From: Bacteroidales bacterium | Lineage (GTDB): Bacteria; Bacteroidota; Bacteroidia; Bacteroidales; UBA7960 | Length of the DNA stretch: 52,298 nucleotides | Direction: 5' to 3' | Assembly (NCBI GenBank): GCA_003552075.1 | Contig: PUOJ01000050.1 | Coordinates: 1 to 52,298 of the forward strand | Program-made: the position numbers and the translations under genes | The notes under the pieces: generated by a model | What the model was told of the DNA's origin: nothing | The model's database searches: none | What the model saw: only the letters and a program-made list of their open reading frames with translations | Shown: one piece after another, positions 1-9,606 of the stretch | How the letters are laid out: every line of letters starts with the position of its first letter | Numbering within the stretch: position 1 is the stretch's first letter

Positions 1-1
1 A

Positions 2-1015
2 GGGGTGCGCGACATCGGCATCAGCCGTGGTGCCGAACGTCCGGAGCTGCAGATCATCCCCGACCAGGAGAAGATGTCGGCATTCGGCCTGAACGCCAGT
101 ACCGTGGCCCAAGCCATCCGCAACAGGGTGGAAGGGATGACCGCCTCGCTATACCGCGAAGACGGCTATGAATATGACGTGGTCGTGCGGCATAAAGAAG
201 AATTCCGGAACAGCATCGAACACGTAGAGAACATCTCGGTGCAAAACCCGATGGGCATGATGGTGCGTGTGAAAGAGTTTGCCGACGTACAGGAGTTTCA
301 CGCCCCGCCCAACATCGAAAGGAAAAACCGGGTACGCTACCTGACGGTTTCCAGTGGACTGCACGAGCGCTCCCTGGGCGACGTCACGGCAGACATCCGC
401 GCTGAGCTGGACGAAATGGAGCTGCCAGACGACGTATATGTCGAATTTGGCGGCCAGATCCAGGATCAGCAGGAAGCCTTTGCCGACCTGGGGCTGCTGC
501 TCATCTTAAGCATCTTCCTGGTCTATGTGGTGATGGCTGCCCAGTTTGAGTCATTCCGGATGCCCTTCATCATCATGCTGGCCGTGCCCTTTGCCTTTAC
601 AGGGGTGCTCCTGGCACTGTTCCTTACAGGCACAGAGCTGTCGGTGATTTCGATGATCGGCGGCATCATCCTCGTGGGCATCGTGGTGAAGAACTCCATC
701 GTATTGATAGACTTCACCAACCTGATGTACGCCCGGGGGATGAGCGTAGTACAGTCAGTAGTCACTGCTGGCAAATCGCGTCTGCGCCCCGTGCTGATGA
801 CCAGCCTGACCACCCTGCTGGCGATGATCCCGATGGTACTTGCTACTGGCGAAGGATCGGAGATCTGGGCCCCGATGGCGATTGCCGTGATCGGCGGACT
901 TGCGTTTTCCACCCTCGTGACCCTGGTGTTTGTGCCCGTGGTGTATACGGTGTTCGGCGCTAGGAAGGTGAAGAAGGCACGCAGGCGGGTACATAGGCAG
1001 GTGAATGGCAGTTGA
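2..1015 (+). CDS. RND efflux permease (AcrB/AcrD/AcrF family), C-terminal part, 5'-truncated by the window
   Basis: Motifs YVVMAAQFES, GIVVKNSIVLIDF, RLRPVLMTSLTT and PMAIAVIGGL; the frame is open from the window start. Confidence 0.93.
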   Translation, partial: GVRDIGISRGAERPELQIIPDQEKMSAFGLNASTVAQAIRNRVEGMTASLYREDGYEYDVVVRHKEEFRNSIEHVENISVQNPMGMMVRVKEFADVQEFHAPPNIERKNRVRYLTVSSGLHERSLGDVTADIRAELDEMELPDDVYVEFGGQIQDQQEAFADLGLLLILSIFLVYVVMAAQFESFRMPFIIMLAVPFAFTGVLLALFLTGTELSVISMIGGIILVGIVVKNSIVLIDFTNLMYARGMSVVQSVVTAGKSRLRPVLMTSLTTLLAMIPMVLATGEGSEIWAPMAIAVIGGLAFSTLVTLVFVPVVYTVFGARKVKKARRRVHRQVNGS

Positions 1016-1034
1016 TGACTTGGGGGATGTTGGG

Positions 1035-1062
1035 AGTAAGAAGTAAGCAGTAAGCAGTAAGA
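1035..1062 (+). repeat. Heptamer tandem repeat (AGTAAGM)x4
   Basis: AGTAAGA AGTAAGC AGTAAGC AGTAAGA just downstream of the RND stop codon. Confidence 0.85.
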
Positions 1063-1197
1063 AGGTTAAGGATGAGAATGAGGCAATTTGAGGTTTGAAG
1101 TTACCCGGGGCATTTGTGTGCATTTGTGAAAACCATTTGTGTCAATTTGTGGATAACTTAAAACCTCCTTGCCCTGGCACAAAACACGGCAGACCGG

Positions 1198-1285
1198 GAC
1201 TTTCAGACCTTTTGACTTTTAGACATTTTGTCCTTTTGTCCTTTTGTCCTTTTGTCCTTTTGTCATTTTGTCATTTTGTCATTTC
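1198..1285 (+). repeat. Octamer tandem array (G[A/T]CNTTTN)x11
   Basis: gactttca gacctttt gactttta gacatttt gtcctttt(x4) gtcatttt(x2) gtcatttc, ending 19 nt before ATG 1305. Confidence 0.9.
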
Positions 1286-1304
1286 ACACATTAACAGAGA
1301 GATT

Positions 1305-1598
1305 ATGAAAGCCATATTCATTGTATACAACCAGGCGCTGACTGAGCGTGTGGCGGAGTTGCTGGACAAGGCCGGCGCCCGCGGCTTTACCCAGTGGGAG
1401 GACGTGATGGGGCGCGGCACCAAGACCGGTGAGCCCCACATGGGCACCCACACCTGGCCGGCGATGAACTCCGCCGTCCTCTCGGTGGTGGACGAAGAAA
1501 AAGCGAAAAAGCTGCTCGCCGGGGTGAAGGCCATTGAAGAAAAAGCCAGCCGGCAGGGAATCAGGGCCTTTCAGTGGCCTGTCGAAGAAATGGTCTGA
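1305..1598 (+). CDS. PII-like transporter-associated protein (PG0541 family)
   Basis: MKAIFIVYNQAL...RGFTQWEDVMGRG..GEPHMGTHTWPAMNSA; follows an RND permease. The ORF-track N-terminal extension is repeat-derived, so the start is placed at ATG 1305. Confidence 0.8.
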   Translation: MKAIFIVYNQALTERVAELLDKAGARGFTQWEDVMGRGTKTGEPHMGTHTWPAMNSAVLSVVDEEKAKKLLAGVKAIEEKASRQGIRAFQWPVEEMV

Positions 1599-1641
1599 AC
1601 GACCAGCTCTTAAATACGCCCTGCCAAAAGCCATTTTTTTA

Positions 1642-1649
1642 TACCTTTG
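1642..1649 (+). promoter_or_regulatory. Bacteroidota sigma-A -7 element (TAnnTTTG)
   Basis: TACCTTTG immediately upstream of the structured RNA. Confidence 0.6.
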
Positions 1650-1652
1650 CAC

Positions 1653-1827
1653 CTTCTTAACCAAGGTGGGCCCATGCATGCCCTGGCGCCGGTGAGGTCG
1701 CAGAGATCTTTCCGCAACGCACAAAAGAGCCGGGCATGGGCTTAACCAGGCAAATACCTGCTTTGCAAAGGTGAGAGAAGGTCCGGAACCGGGTCGGCTA
1801 AAGCCTCCCTGACAGCACACCGGGAAG
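1653..1827 (+). ncRNA. Probable 6S-like RNA (Bacteroidales-1/6S-Flavo-type)
   Basis: ~175 nt after a TAnnTTTG promoter. 5' CTTC..CC..GGTG can pair with 3' CACC-GG-GAAG, there is an internal stem GCCCATGC/GCATGGGC, and GCTTTGCAAAGGTGAGAGAAGG resembles my recollection of Bacteroidota 6S-type motifs. Confidence 0.55.
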
Positions 1828-1850
1828 ACCAATTGGTAAAAAAACAGCTG

Positions 1851-2828
1851 ATGGCCAGGCAAGCAAATGAATGGCTGGTAATTGTAAATCCCAATGCCGG
1901 CATTGGAAAGGTAAGCAGAGACTGGGGAAGGATCTCCCAGATGCTCGACAAGCATGGCTTTGATTATAAGGCCCTGTTTACCGATGGACCGCTCCATGCC
2001 ATCACCCTGGTAGCTGAAAACATCCGCTCAGGATACCGCAAGTTCATTGCCGTGGGAGGTGATGGAACCATGAATGAGGTGGTCAACGGCATCTTTTCCC
2101 AAGAAGAAATCCCCACCACAGACATCAAAGCAGGCATGATCCCTGTGGGCACTGGCAATGACTGGGTGCGGACCTGGGGCATCCCAACAGATTACGAACA
2201 GGCCATACAACTGCTCCGGAAGGAATTTACGATGCTGCAGGATGCGGGTCTTGTGAGCTATTACAATAGCAAACGGCAAGGCACCAGGTATTTTGTCAAC
2301 ATGGCCGGACTCGGATTTGACGGCCTGGTGGCACAGAAAACCAATGCCGACAAGCGCAGGGGTAAAGGCAACCCCCTCTTGTACTTCAAGCATCTGCTCG
2401 GCTCTCTTTTCTCTTACAAATCGTGCAACACCACCATCCGGGTGGACGGCAGGGAGGTGAAAGACCTCTATTTCAGCATTGGTGTAGGAATCGGACAATA
2501 TAACGGGGGCGGGATGAGACAGGCTCCGGATGCCATTCCGAATGACGGTCTCTTCGACCTGACGCTGATCAGGGACCTCAGCAAACTGTCGATCGTAGCC
2601 AACGTGCGCCGCCTCTATGATGGGACCATCAAAAAATACCATAAGGTCGAAACCATGCTTGGGAAAAAGATCAGCGTGCACTGCAAGACACCCATTTTGC
2701 TGGAAGCCGACGGAGAGTCCCTGGGGCACTCCCCTTTCACCTTCGACATCATTCCGCAAAGCGTACAAGTGGTGGTGAATGAAAACAAGTGGAGCAAAGC
2801 GAACAAGACCGAGCCCCCGGCCGTTTAG
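1851..2828 (+). CDS. Diacylglycerol/lipid kinase family protein (YegS/DAGK-like)
   Basis: IVNPNAG, AVGGDGTMNEVVNG, PVGTGND, YNGGGM and EADGE motifs. Confidence 0.92.
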   Translation: MARQANEWLVIVNPNAGIGKVSRDWGRISQMLDKHGFDYKALFTDGPLHAITLVAENIRSGYRKFIAVGGDGTMNEVVNGIFSQEEIPTTDIKAGMIPVGTGNDWVRTWGIPTDYEQAIQLLRKEFTMLQDAGLVSYYNSKRQGTRYFVNMAGLGFDGLVAQKTNADKRRGKGNPLLYFKHLLGSLFSYKSCNTTIRVDGREVKDLYFSIGVGIGQYNGGGMRQAPDAIPNDGLFDLTLIRDLSKLSIVANVRRLYDGTIKKYHKVETMLGKKISVHCKTPILLEADGESLGHSPFTFDIIPQSVQVVVNENKWSKANKTEPPAV

Positions 2829-2938
2829 AAAAAAGATCAAATTGCATCTTCACGAAAACAAAGCCCGAAGCCTTGGCTTTTCGAAGGGTTGACATTTCGA
2901 CATCCTGACAAAGACTAAAAACTGAAATCACATAACAT

Positions 2939-4468
2939 ATGAGCAAAGGCGAAGACACGTTCAAAAAAATTATCGCACATTGCAAGGAATACGGTTTTAT
3001 ATTCCAGTCGAGCGAGATCTATGACGGCCTCAGTGCGGTTTATGATTACGGACAGCAGGGTGTGGAGCTGAAAAACAACATCAAGGACTATTGGTGGAAG
3101 TCGATGGTTCAGCACCACGAGGAGATCGTGGGGCTTGATTCCGCCATTTTCATGCACCCCACGGTTTGGAAGGCTTCCGGACACGTGGATGCCTTCAACG
3201 ACCCGCTGATCGACAACAAGGATTCGAAGAAGCGCTATCGCGCCGACGTGCTGATCGAAGACCACATCGCCAAGTTGGAAGACAAGATCAACAAGGAGGT
3301 GAAGAAGGCGGCCAAACGATTCGGGGAGTCTTTCGACGAGGCGATGTTCCGCGAGACGAACCCCCGGGTGCAAGCGAACGTGAAAAAAATCGACGACATC
3401 AACGCGCGCTTTGTGCCAGCCATGGAAGACGGGCAGCTCAGTGACCTGAAGAAGCTCATCGAAGACCTGGAAATCGCATGTCCGGTATCCGGCTCCCGCA
3501 ACTGGACGGACGTCAGGCAGTTTAACCTGATGTTCAGCTCCCAGATGGGATCCACGGGAGAAACCGCATCGACCATCTATTTGCGCCCGGAAACAGCCCA
3601 GGGGATCTTCGTGAACTACCTGAATGTGCAAAAGACTGGCCGGAAAAAACTGCCTTTCGGCATCGCCCAGATCGGGAAAGCCTTCCGCAACGAGATTGTG
3701 GCACGGCAGTTCATCTTCCGTATGCGGGAGTTTGAACAGATGGAGATGCAGTATTTTGTGCGGCCGGGACAGGAAGCCGACTGGTTTGAATACTGGAAGG
3801 AGCAGCGGATGCAGTGGCACCTGGCCCTGGGCATCCCGGAAGAGCTTTTCCGCGTCCACAAGCACGAAAAACTCGCCCACTACGCCAATGCGGCCGTCGA
3901 CATCGAGTTTGACTTTCCCTTTGGCTTCAAGGAGATCGAAGGCGTGCATTCACGCACCGACTTCGACCTCGGCGCACATCAGAAGTTCAGCGGCAAGAAG
4001 CTACAATACTTCGACCCGGAAACCAACGACAGCTATGTGCCTTACGTGGTGGAAACCTCTATCGGTCTCGACAGGATGTTCCTGGCGGTGATCAGCCACG
4101 CCTACAGGGAAGAAAAGCTTGAGGATGGCAGCGAACGGGTGGTGATGAACATCCCCCCGGCTTTGGCACCGACCAAGGTGGCCGTGTTGCCACTTGTCAA
4201 GAAAGACGGCCTGCCCGAAAAGGGGAGGGAGATCTTCGACCGGCTCAAATACGACTTTATGTGCCAATACGAGGACAAGGATGCCATCGGGCGCCGCTAC
4301 CGCCGGCACGATGCCATCGGCACGCCCTATTGCATTACCATCGACCACGAGACCCTGGAGAATGATACCGTCACCATCCGGGAGCGGGATAGCATGAAGC
4401 AGGAGCGGATCCCGGCGGAACGGATTGCTGAAGTTGTACGCCAACGGGTTGTAGTAAGAAGTAAGTAG
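2939..4468 (+). CDS. glyQS: Glycine--tRNA ligase (alpha2 type)
   Basis: YLRPETAQGIF, FRNEI, FRMREFEQME, VVETSIGLDR and an anticodon domain (IGRRYRRHDAIGTP). Confidence 0.97.
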   Translation: MSKGEDTFKKIIAHCKEYGFIFQSSEIYDGLSAVYDYGQQGVELKNNIKDYWWKSMVQHHEEIVGLDSAIFMHPTVWKASGHVDAFNDPLIDNKDSKKRYRADVLIEDHIAKLEDKINKEVKKAAKRFGESFDEAMFRETNPRVQANVKKIDDINARFVPAMEDGQLSDLKKLIEDLEIACPVSGSRNWTDVRQFNLMFSSQMGSTGETASTIYLRPETAQGIFVNYLNVQKTGRKKLPFGIAQIGKAFRNEIVARQFIFRMREFEQMEMQYFVRPGQEADWFEYWKEQRMQWHLALGIPEELFRVHKHEKLAHYANAAVDIEFDFPFGFKEIEGVHSRTDFDLGAHQKFSGKKLQYFDPETNDSYVPYVVETSIGLDRMFLAVISHAYREEKLEDGSERVVMNIPPALAPTKVAVLPLVKKDGLPEKGREIFDRLKYDFMCQYEDKDAIGRRYRRHDAIGTPYCITIDHETLENDTVTIRERDSMKQERIPAERIAEVVRQRVVVRSK

Positions 4469-4500
4469 TAAGCAGTAAGCAGTAGGAAGTAAAAAGTAGC
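4453..4500 (+). repeat. Heptamer tandem repeat (AGTARRN)x7 overlapping the glyQS stop
   Basis: AGTAAGA AGTAAGT AGTAAGC AGTAAGC AGTAGGA AGTAAAA AGTAGC. Confidence 0.85.
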
Positions 4501-4651
4501 CGCAACGCTTGGGCGGAGCATTGGGTCCTTGTCAGGGCCGGACTTGGCCGGCCCCCTTTTTTCCCCAGGAAGAGCCGTAGGGACAGCACTTGGGCTGTCC
4601 ATCAGGGTGCTGGTTTCCAACAGGACCCGCAAAAGGACATATACCTCTGCT

Positions 4652-4686
4652 GCTTACTGCTTACTGCCTACTTCCTACTTCGTACT
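4652..4686 (-). repeat. Heptamer tandem repeat (AGTANGN)x5 overlapping the asd stop
   Basis: Plus strand gcttact gcttact gcctact tcctact tcgtact, an inverted copy of the 4453-4500 array. Confidence 0.85.
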
Positions 4687-5660
4687 TCCCTGGCAATCTC
4701 CGCAATCTGTACCGCATTACCCGCCGCGCCCTTCCGCAGGTTGTCGGCGACAATCCACAAGTCTAGGCCATTGGGCACCGACGGATCCCGCCGGATGCGA
4801 CCCACGAAGACCTCATCCCGGCCTTCCACGAACCGGGGCATTGGGTAGGTGTTGTTTGCCGGGTCGTCCTGCACCACCACGCCCGGGGTTTGCTGCATCA
4901 GGTGACGCACCGCTTCCAATGAAAAATCCTTTTCAAGTTCCAGGTTGACCGCTTCCGAGTGGCCGCCCATTACGGGGATGCGCACCACCGTGGCCGTGAT
5001 GCGGATGTCCTCCGCCTCGAGGATTTTGCGGGTCTCATTCACCAGCTTCATTTCTTCTGCCGTATAGCCGTTGTCCTGGAAATCCCCGCCGTGCGGAAAG
5101 CAGTTCAGGTCGATGGGGTGCGGGTAGGCCTTTTCGCCCTCCTTGCCGGCACGCTCATCCTGCAACTGCTGCACCGCCTTGACGCCGGTACCCGTAACCG
5201 ACTGGTAGGTGGAAATGACCAGCCGGCGGATGCCATATGCCCGGTGGATGGGTGCCAGCGGCACCACCATCTGGATGGTGCTGCAATTGGGATTGGCAAT
5301 GATCCGGGTGTCTTTGGTCACCGTGTGCGGGTTCACCTCCGGAACGACAAGCGGCACGGTCGGATCAGCCCGCCAGGCGGATGAATTATCAATCACCACA
5401 CAGCCTGCGTTGGCAAATGCCTCCGCGTATTTTTTCGAAGTGGCCGATCCGGCAGAAAATAATGCGACATCAGGTCTGGCGGCCAGGCCATCCTCCACCG
5501 ACCTCACCTTGTATGCCTTGTCCCTGAAAAACACCTCGCGCCCTACTGAGCGTGCAGATGCACAAGGGATAAAATCCTTCACCGGGAACTTGCGCTCCTC
5601 CAGGACACGCATCATCACCTCGCCCACCAAACCCGTGGCGCCTATCAATGCTATTACCAT
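4668..5660 (-). CDS. asd: Aspartate-semialdehyde dehydrogenase
   Basis: GATGLVG, IDNSSAWR, ANPNCSTIQ, STYQSVTGTG and DNLRKGAA. Confidence 0.97.
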   Translation of the reverse strand: MVIALIGATGLVGEVMMRVLEERKFPVKDFIPCASARSVGREVFFRDKAYKVRSVEDGLAARPDVALFSAGSATSKKYAEAFANAGCVVIDNSSAWRADPTVPLVVPEVNPHTVTKDTRIIANPNCSTIQMVVPLAPIHRAYGIRRLVISTYQSVTGTGVKAVQQLQDERAGKEGEKAYPHPIDLNCFPHGGDFQDNGYTAEEMKLVNETRKILEAEDIRITATVVRIPVMGGHSEAVNLELEKDFSLEAVRHLMQQTPGVVVQDDPANNTYPMPRFVEGRDEVFVGRIRRDPSVPNGLDLWIVADNLRKGAAGNAVQIAEIAREVRSRK

Positions 5661-5756
5661 ACAACTTGTTTTTTATACCCAAAAGCAAATTTCGTCAAAA
5701 AAAATGAATGTGTTTTAAAAGCGTTTTTGTAATTTTATGTCTAAATTTATAATGCC

Positions 5757-8363
5757 ATGGTTCGTTTTTTGTTGTTTTTTGTCTTTGTTTTTGTGTGTTT
5801 TGCGCTATTTGCGCAGTTTACAGATGATTTCAGCAATGGCAACTTCACGGAGGGTCCATCCTGGATTGGAGACCGCGAAAAATTCATTGTAGATAACGGC
5901 CAGCTTCGCCTGTATGACGATGAAGCCGGGATGGCCTGGCTGTCAACGCAAAGCCAGGTTGTGGCGGACACACAGTGGGATTTCTGGTTGCGCATTGGCT
6001 TCACGCCTTCTGACAATAATCATCCGCGCATTTATCTGGTCAGCGACAAGGCCGACCTGGGCGCACCCCTGAACGGCTACTTTATTCAGGTCGGGAAAAC
6101 CGGTGGCGACATGAAACGCGTATTCCTGTGCCGCCAGGATGGCACGGAAGAGACGGTCCTGGTGGAAGGCCACATGCAGGTGGCAGAGGGAAGCAACAAC
6201 ATCATGCGGATCAGGGTTTTACGCGACGGGGCAGGTACCTGGAGCGTACTGGTGGCACCGGGGGGTGGGGAGCTGTTCATCCCCCAGGGACAGATATTTG
6301 ACAATACCTATACGTCCAGCCATTGGTTTGGCATACGTTGTACATATACCGTCAGCAACAGCAGGCGTTTTTATTTTGATGATTTCCGTGTGGGAGACAT
6401 CTTGCCGGGGGCAGCACCGGAGGTGACGCGGGTCAGGGTGGTGTCGCCGGAGGTCCTCGATGTCTATTTTAATGGGGTATTGCACGCACCTTCGGCACAA
6501 ACAACCGGCAATTATCATGCAGACGGTGGTATGGGAAACCCCCTTATTGCCGCCTTTGACCCCGGAAAGCCCTATGTGGTGCGCTTACAGTTTGCGGATG
6601 CTTTCGCTGAAAACCACGCCTATTCCCTCACGGTGGATAACATCCTCGGCGCTGACGGCCAAGTCATGGTGCCCTACGCCGGGCAGTTTGCCAACCATGT
6701 GCCAGAGATGTTCGATGTGGTCTTCAACGAGGTCATGGCCAACAGCAGGCCGGAGGTCGGCCTGCCACCATACGACTGGGTGGAACTTTATAATACCACC
6801 GACCTGCCCATTGACCTGGAGGGTTGGGTGTTGCAGCACGGAGACACCCGCCGGGAATTGCCATATGCCACCATCTTGCCGAAAGGATACCTGGTGCTTT
6901 GCACAGAAGAAGCCTGTCCGGAGCTGAAGGCCTTTGGTCCTGTGCTGGCTGTGCCTGGCTTATCTGCCACTGCTTTTACCATTGGTGGCAATACGCTCGC
7001 CCTTTGGGACAATGCTGGTCAGCTGCTGTCTTTTGTAGAATACTCCGGCCGGTGGTACCGGGATGCAGCAAAATCAGAGGGTGGATGGTCGCTGGAAAAG
7101 ATCGACCCCTACAATTACGGGCAGGGTGCAGAAAACTGGAAGGCCTCCCGAGATCCGCGAGGCGGAACACCCGGCGAAACCAACTCCAGGAGGGCCGACA
7201 ATCCAAACACCACGCACCCGCGGCTGGTACGCGCAGGGTATGTAGACTCCCTCTCGGTCAGACTGCATTTTTCCGAGCCCATGCATAAGGAATCCCTGCT
7301 GTACGCCGAACATTATCACATCAAAAGTGGACCGGGAAGTCCGCTCGCCGTAACAGCAAACCTGCCGGACCTCACCCGTGCTGAGCTTTCTTTGGAACAG
7401 CCTCTGCAGCCAGGTAAGGTACACGTCATTGAAGTCTGCGGAGACCTGTATGACTGCGACGGCAACATCCTGCTTCAAAACCAGGCCAGGGTTGCCATTC
7501 CTGATGAAGCGCTGCATAATGGCATCGTGATCAACGAGGTACTCTTCAACCCCCCTGCCGGGGGAGCCCGCTACATTGAAATTTACAACCGGTCGGACCA
7601 GGTTTTTGACTTGCAGCAGATGATCCTGGCCTCAAAAGACGCCTTTGACCACAACTTGTCCACGTTGCAGGAGATCAGCGAGGAGAGCTTATTGTTCTTT
7701 CCCGGCGACTACCTGGTGCTGAGCCAGGACACGGGTGCGGTCAGCAGCACATACCACATTCCTGTGCAGGACGTACTATGGGAGCTGGCAGGAATGCCCC
7801 GCATGACAAACACCATGGGTGTGGTCGTGCTGGCGACCAAGGGGCATGTACTCATCGACGAGCTCGCATATGAAGAGGAGATGCACCTCTCGTTGATTGC
7901 CAACCCATCTGGCGTAGCGCTTGAGCGGACACACCCGGACAGGCCGTCAGATGAGGCCTCCTCCTGGCATTCGGCGGCAGCGGCAGCCGGCTATGGCACG
8001 CCTGGTTACCAAAACAGCCAGTATCTTCCACCCCATGCCGAGCCCTTGGGTCACTGGGAGATATATCCACAGGTGTTTTTACCCGATGGCAGTGGGCATC
8101 AGGATCTGCTGCAAATCCATTATTCGTTGGACTCTCCGGGTTGCGTGGCACATATCAGGATCTTTGACCGCCGTGGCCGGAAGGTGCGTACCCTGACTCC
8201 GGGCAAGCTGCTGGCCACGAGTGGCGTCGTCTCCTGGGATGGCACTACCGATGAAGGCGAAAAAGCATCCATTGGCATCTATGTCATCCACGTGGAAATG
8301 ATACACGACAGTGGCAGGGTGCAAACGGAAAAGTTGTGGGCGGTGCTGGGAGGCAGGCTGTAA
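5757..8363 (+). CDS. Secreted lamin-tail-domain protein with Ig-like domains and a T9SS-type C-terminal domain
   Basis: Signal peptide; two LTD-like repeats (VVFNEVMAN..DWVELYN..GTPG and IVINEVLFN..YIEIYN..GTPG); C-terminus IFDRRGRKVRTL..WDGT..GIYVI. Confidence 0.8.
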   Translation: MVRFLLFFVFVFVCFALFAQFTDDFSNGNFTEGPSWIGDREKFIVDNGQLRLYDDEAGMAWLSTQSQVVADTQWDFWLRIGFTPSDNNHPRIYLVSDKADLGAPLNGYFIQVGKTGGDMKRVFLCRQDGTEETVLVEGHMQVAEGSNNIMRIRVLRDGAGTWSVLVAPGGGELFIPQGQIFDNTYTSSHWFGIRCTYTVSNSRRFYFDDFRVGDILPGAAPEVTRVRVVSPEVLDVYFNGVLHAPSAQTTGNYHADGGMGNPLIAAFDPGKPYVVRLQFADAFAENHAYSLTVDNILGADGQVMVPYAGQFANHVPEMFDVVFNEVMANSRPEVGLPPYDWVELYNTTDLPIDLEGWVLQHGDTRRELPYATILPKGYLVLCTEEACPELKAFGPVLAVPGLSATAFTIGGNTLALWDNAGQLLSFVEYSGRWYRDAAKSEGGWSLEKIDPYNYGQGAENWKASRDPRGGTPGETNSRRADNPNTTHPRLVRAGYVDSLSVRLHFSEPMHKESLLYAEHYHIKSGPGSPLAVTANLPDLTRAELSLEQPLQPGKVHVIEVCGDLYDCDGNILLQNQARVAIPDEALHNGIVINEVLFNPPAGGARYIEIYNRSDQVFDLQQMILASKDAFDHNLSTLQEISEESLLFFPGDYLVLSQDTGAVSSTYHIPVQDVLWELAGMPRMTNTMGVVVLATKGHVLIDELAYEEEMHLSLIANPSGVALERTHPDRPSDEASSWHSAAAAAGYGTPGYQNSQYLPPHAEPLGHWEIYPQVFLPDGSGHQDLLQIHYSLDSPGCVAHIRIFDRRGRKVRTLTPGKLLATSGVVSWDGTTDEGEKASIGIYVIHVEMIHDSGRVQTEKLWAVLGGRL

Positions 8364-8460
8364 CGTGCCGGTCAAGATACACATGCGGGTCTTTGCAGCA
8401 CGTATGTGCTGTGAACACCACGCTGCTTGCTGCCAGGCAACTGTTTAGGCATCGTCGTTC

Positions 8461-8517
8461 TTGCACGGATATTGAGCTATTTGCCGGCTGAATTGCACGG
8501 ATGGTGAGCTATTTGCC
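8461..8517. repeat. Direct repeat, 2 x 25 bp, period 32
   Basis: ttgcacggatattgagctatttgcc / ttgcacggatggtgagctatttgcc. Confidence 0.8.
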
Positions 8518-8607
8518 TGCCGACGCTGCGTTACCATGTGTTGTACCAAAGCCCGGACTGCTTCGCGCTTTAACCCTGGCAGGCGGTTTTTTCAACCCCC
8601 TGCTGCA

Positions 8608-9060
8608 TTAACCGCGATCACTTTGCTGGGTTGTGCGCATGATATAGACATCATAATCGCCGAGATAAGCAAACCCCAGTTTTCGGTAAAGGGCGATGGC
8701 TTCTTTATTGGTCTGGTGCACTTCCAGCTTGACCTGCGTGTTTCGTTCGCGGGCATAATGGATTGATTTTTCGCTGAGCAGCAGGCCAATGCCCTGACGC
8801 TGGTATTCGGGCAGCACCCCCAGGTGATGCAGGTGCATGCGCCTTCCATCGTAGGTCATCCAGCTGGTTCCAACAACCCGGCCTTCCGCGGTGCAGGCCA
8901 CCAGCATTTTCCCGCCAAGCTTTATGCTGCGCAGGATGGTCTGCAGGTCATCACCACGGTGCGCACCTCCCAGGTCCGTCGCATTCCATACCTCCATCAC
9001 CTGGGGATAATCCTCTCCGGCGAAATCGCGAATTTTCAGTTGTTGATTGTGGGCGTTCAT
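8608..9060 (-). CDS. GNAT family N-acetyltransferase
   Basis: LGVLPEYQRQGIG acetyl-CoA motif and NKEAIALYRKLGF. Confidence 0.9.
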   Translation of the reverse strand: MNAHNQQLKIRDFAGEDYPQVMEVWNATDLGGAHRGDDLQTILRSIKLGGKMLVACTAEGRVVGTSWMTYDGRRMHLHHLGVLPEYQRQGIGLLLSEKSIHYARERNTQVKLEVHQTNKEAIALYRKLGFAYLGDYDVYIMRTTQQSDRG

Positions 9061-9606
9061 ATGTTTTTGCTTTTACAAAACTCTGTTATTCTACGTTTTG
9101 TGGTTTTGATTTCTCGCAGAGGTTCACTGATGGTTTCGCGGAGGCTCCCGGAGATAAAAACCCATCGGCAATAACCATTCTCCTGTTTGTCAAAGTCCTG
9201 TTCCCAAATGGCCGGGGTTAGCAACTTGGGCCGTTGGCTTTGCGAAGGCAAAAAATACCCGGCTTATCTGTTTGTGGTTTTTAAGCTTGCTGATTTGCCC
9301 GTGTTTAAGTTCCTGGCAAAAGTTCAATGCATGCATTATAGCGGTTTGGGGCTTGATGTTTGACGTTATTCGCGGCCGCGCCACAGCTGTCCAAAGCCTG
9401 AAGTTGCTGCGGGGGGGCGCGATATTGCATACGAAGTTACGGAATTCATCCTGACCAGCAATTACCGCCCGGATGATGTTGCAAGCATTTGTGGCAATGG
9501 CGCAGCATTCGAACGGGCATCCTTGATGGAGGCAACGTTCATAGGAGTAATCCTGGTGGGGTGCAGGGTTCAGCTGGCAGAGCCTGACACTGCTCAGGGG
9601 TGGCAA

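Noticed and set aside
1095-1304. N-terminal extension of the 167-aa ORF (LLSFCPFVLLSFC)
   Set aside because: It is the translation of the octamer array; the family-typical start is ATG 1305
1775-1800. SRP RNA suggested by AGGTCCGGAA
   Set aside because: It lacks the following GGAAGCAGC helix-8 signature
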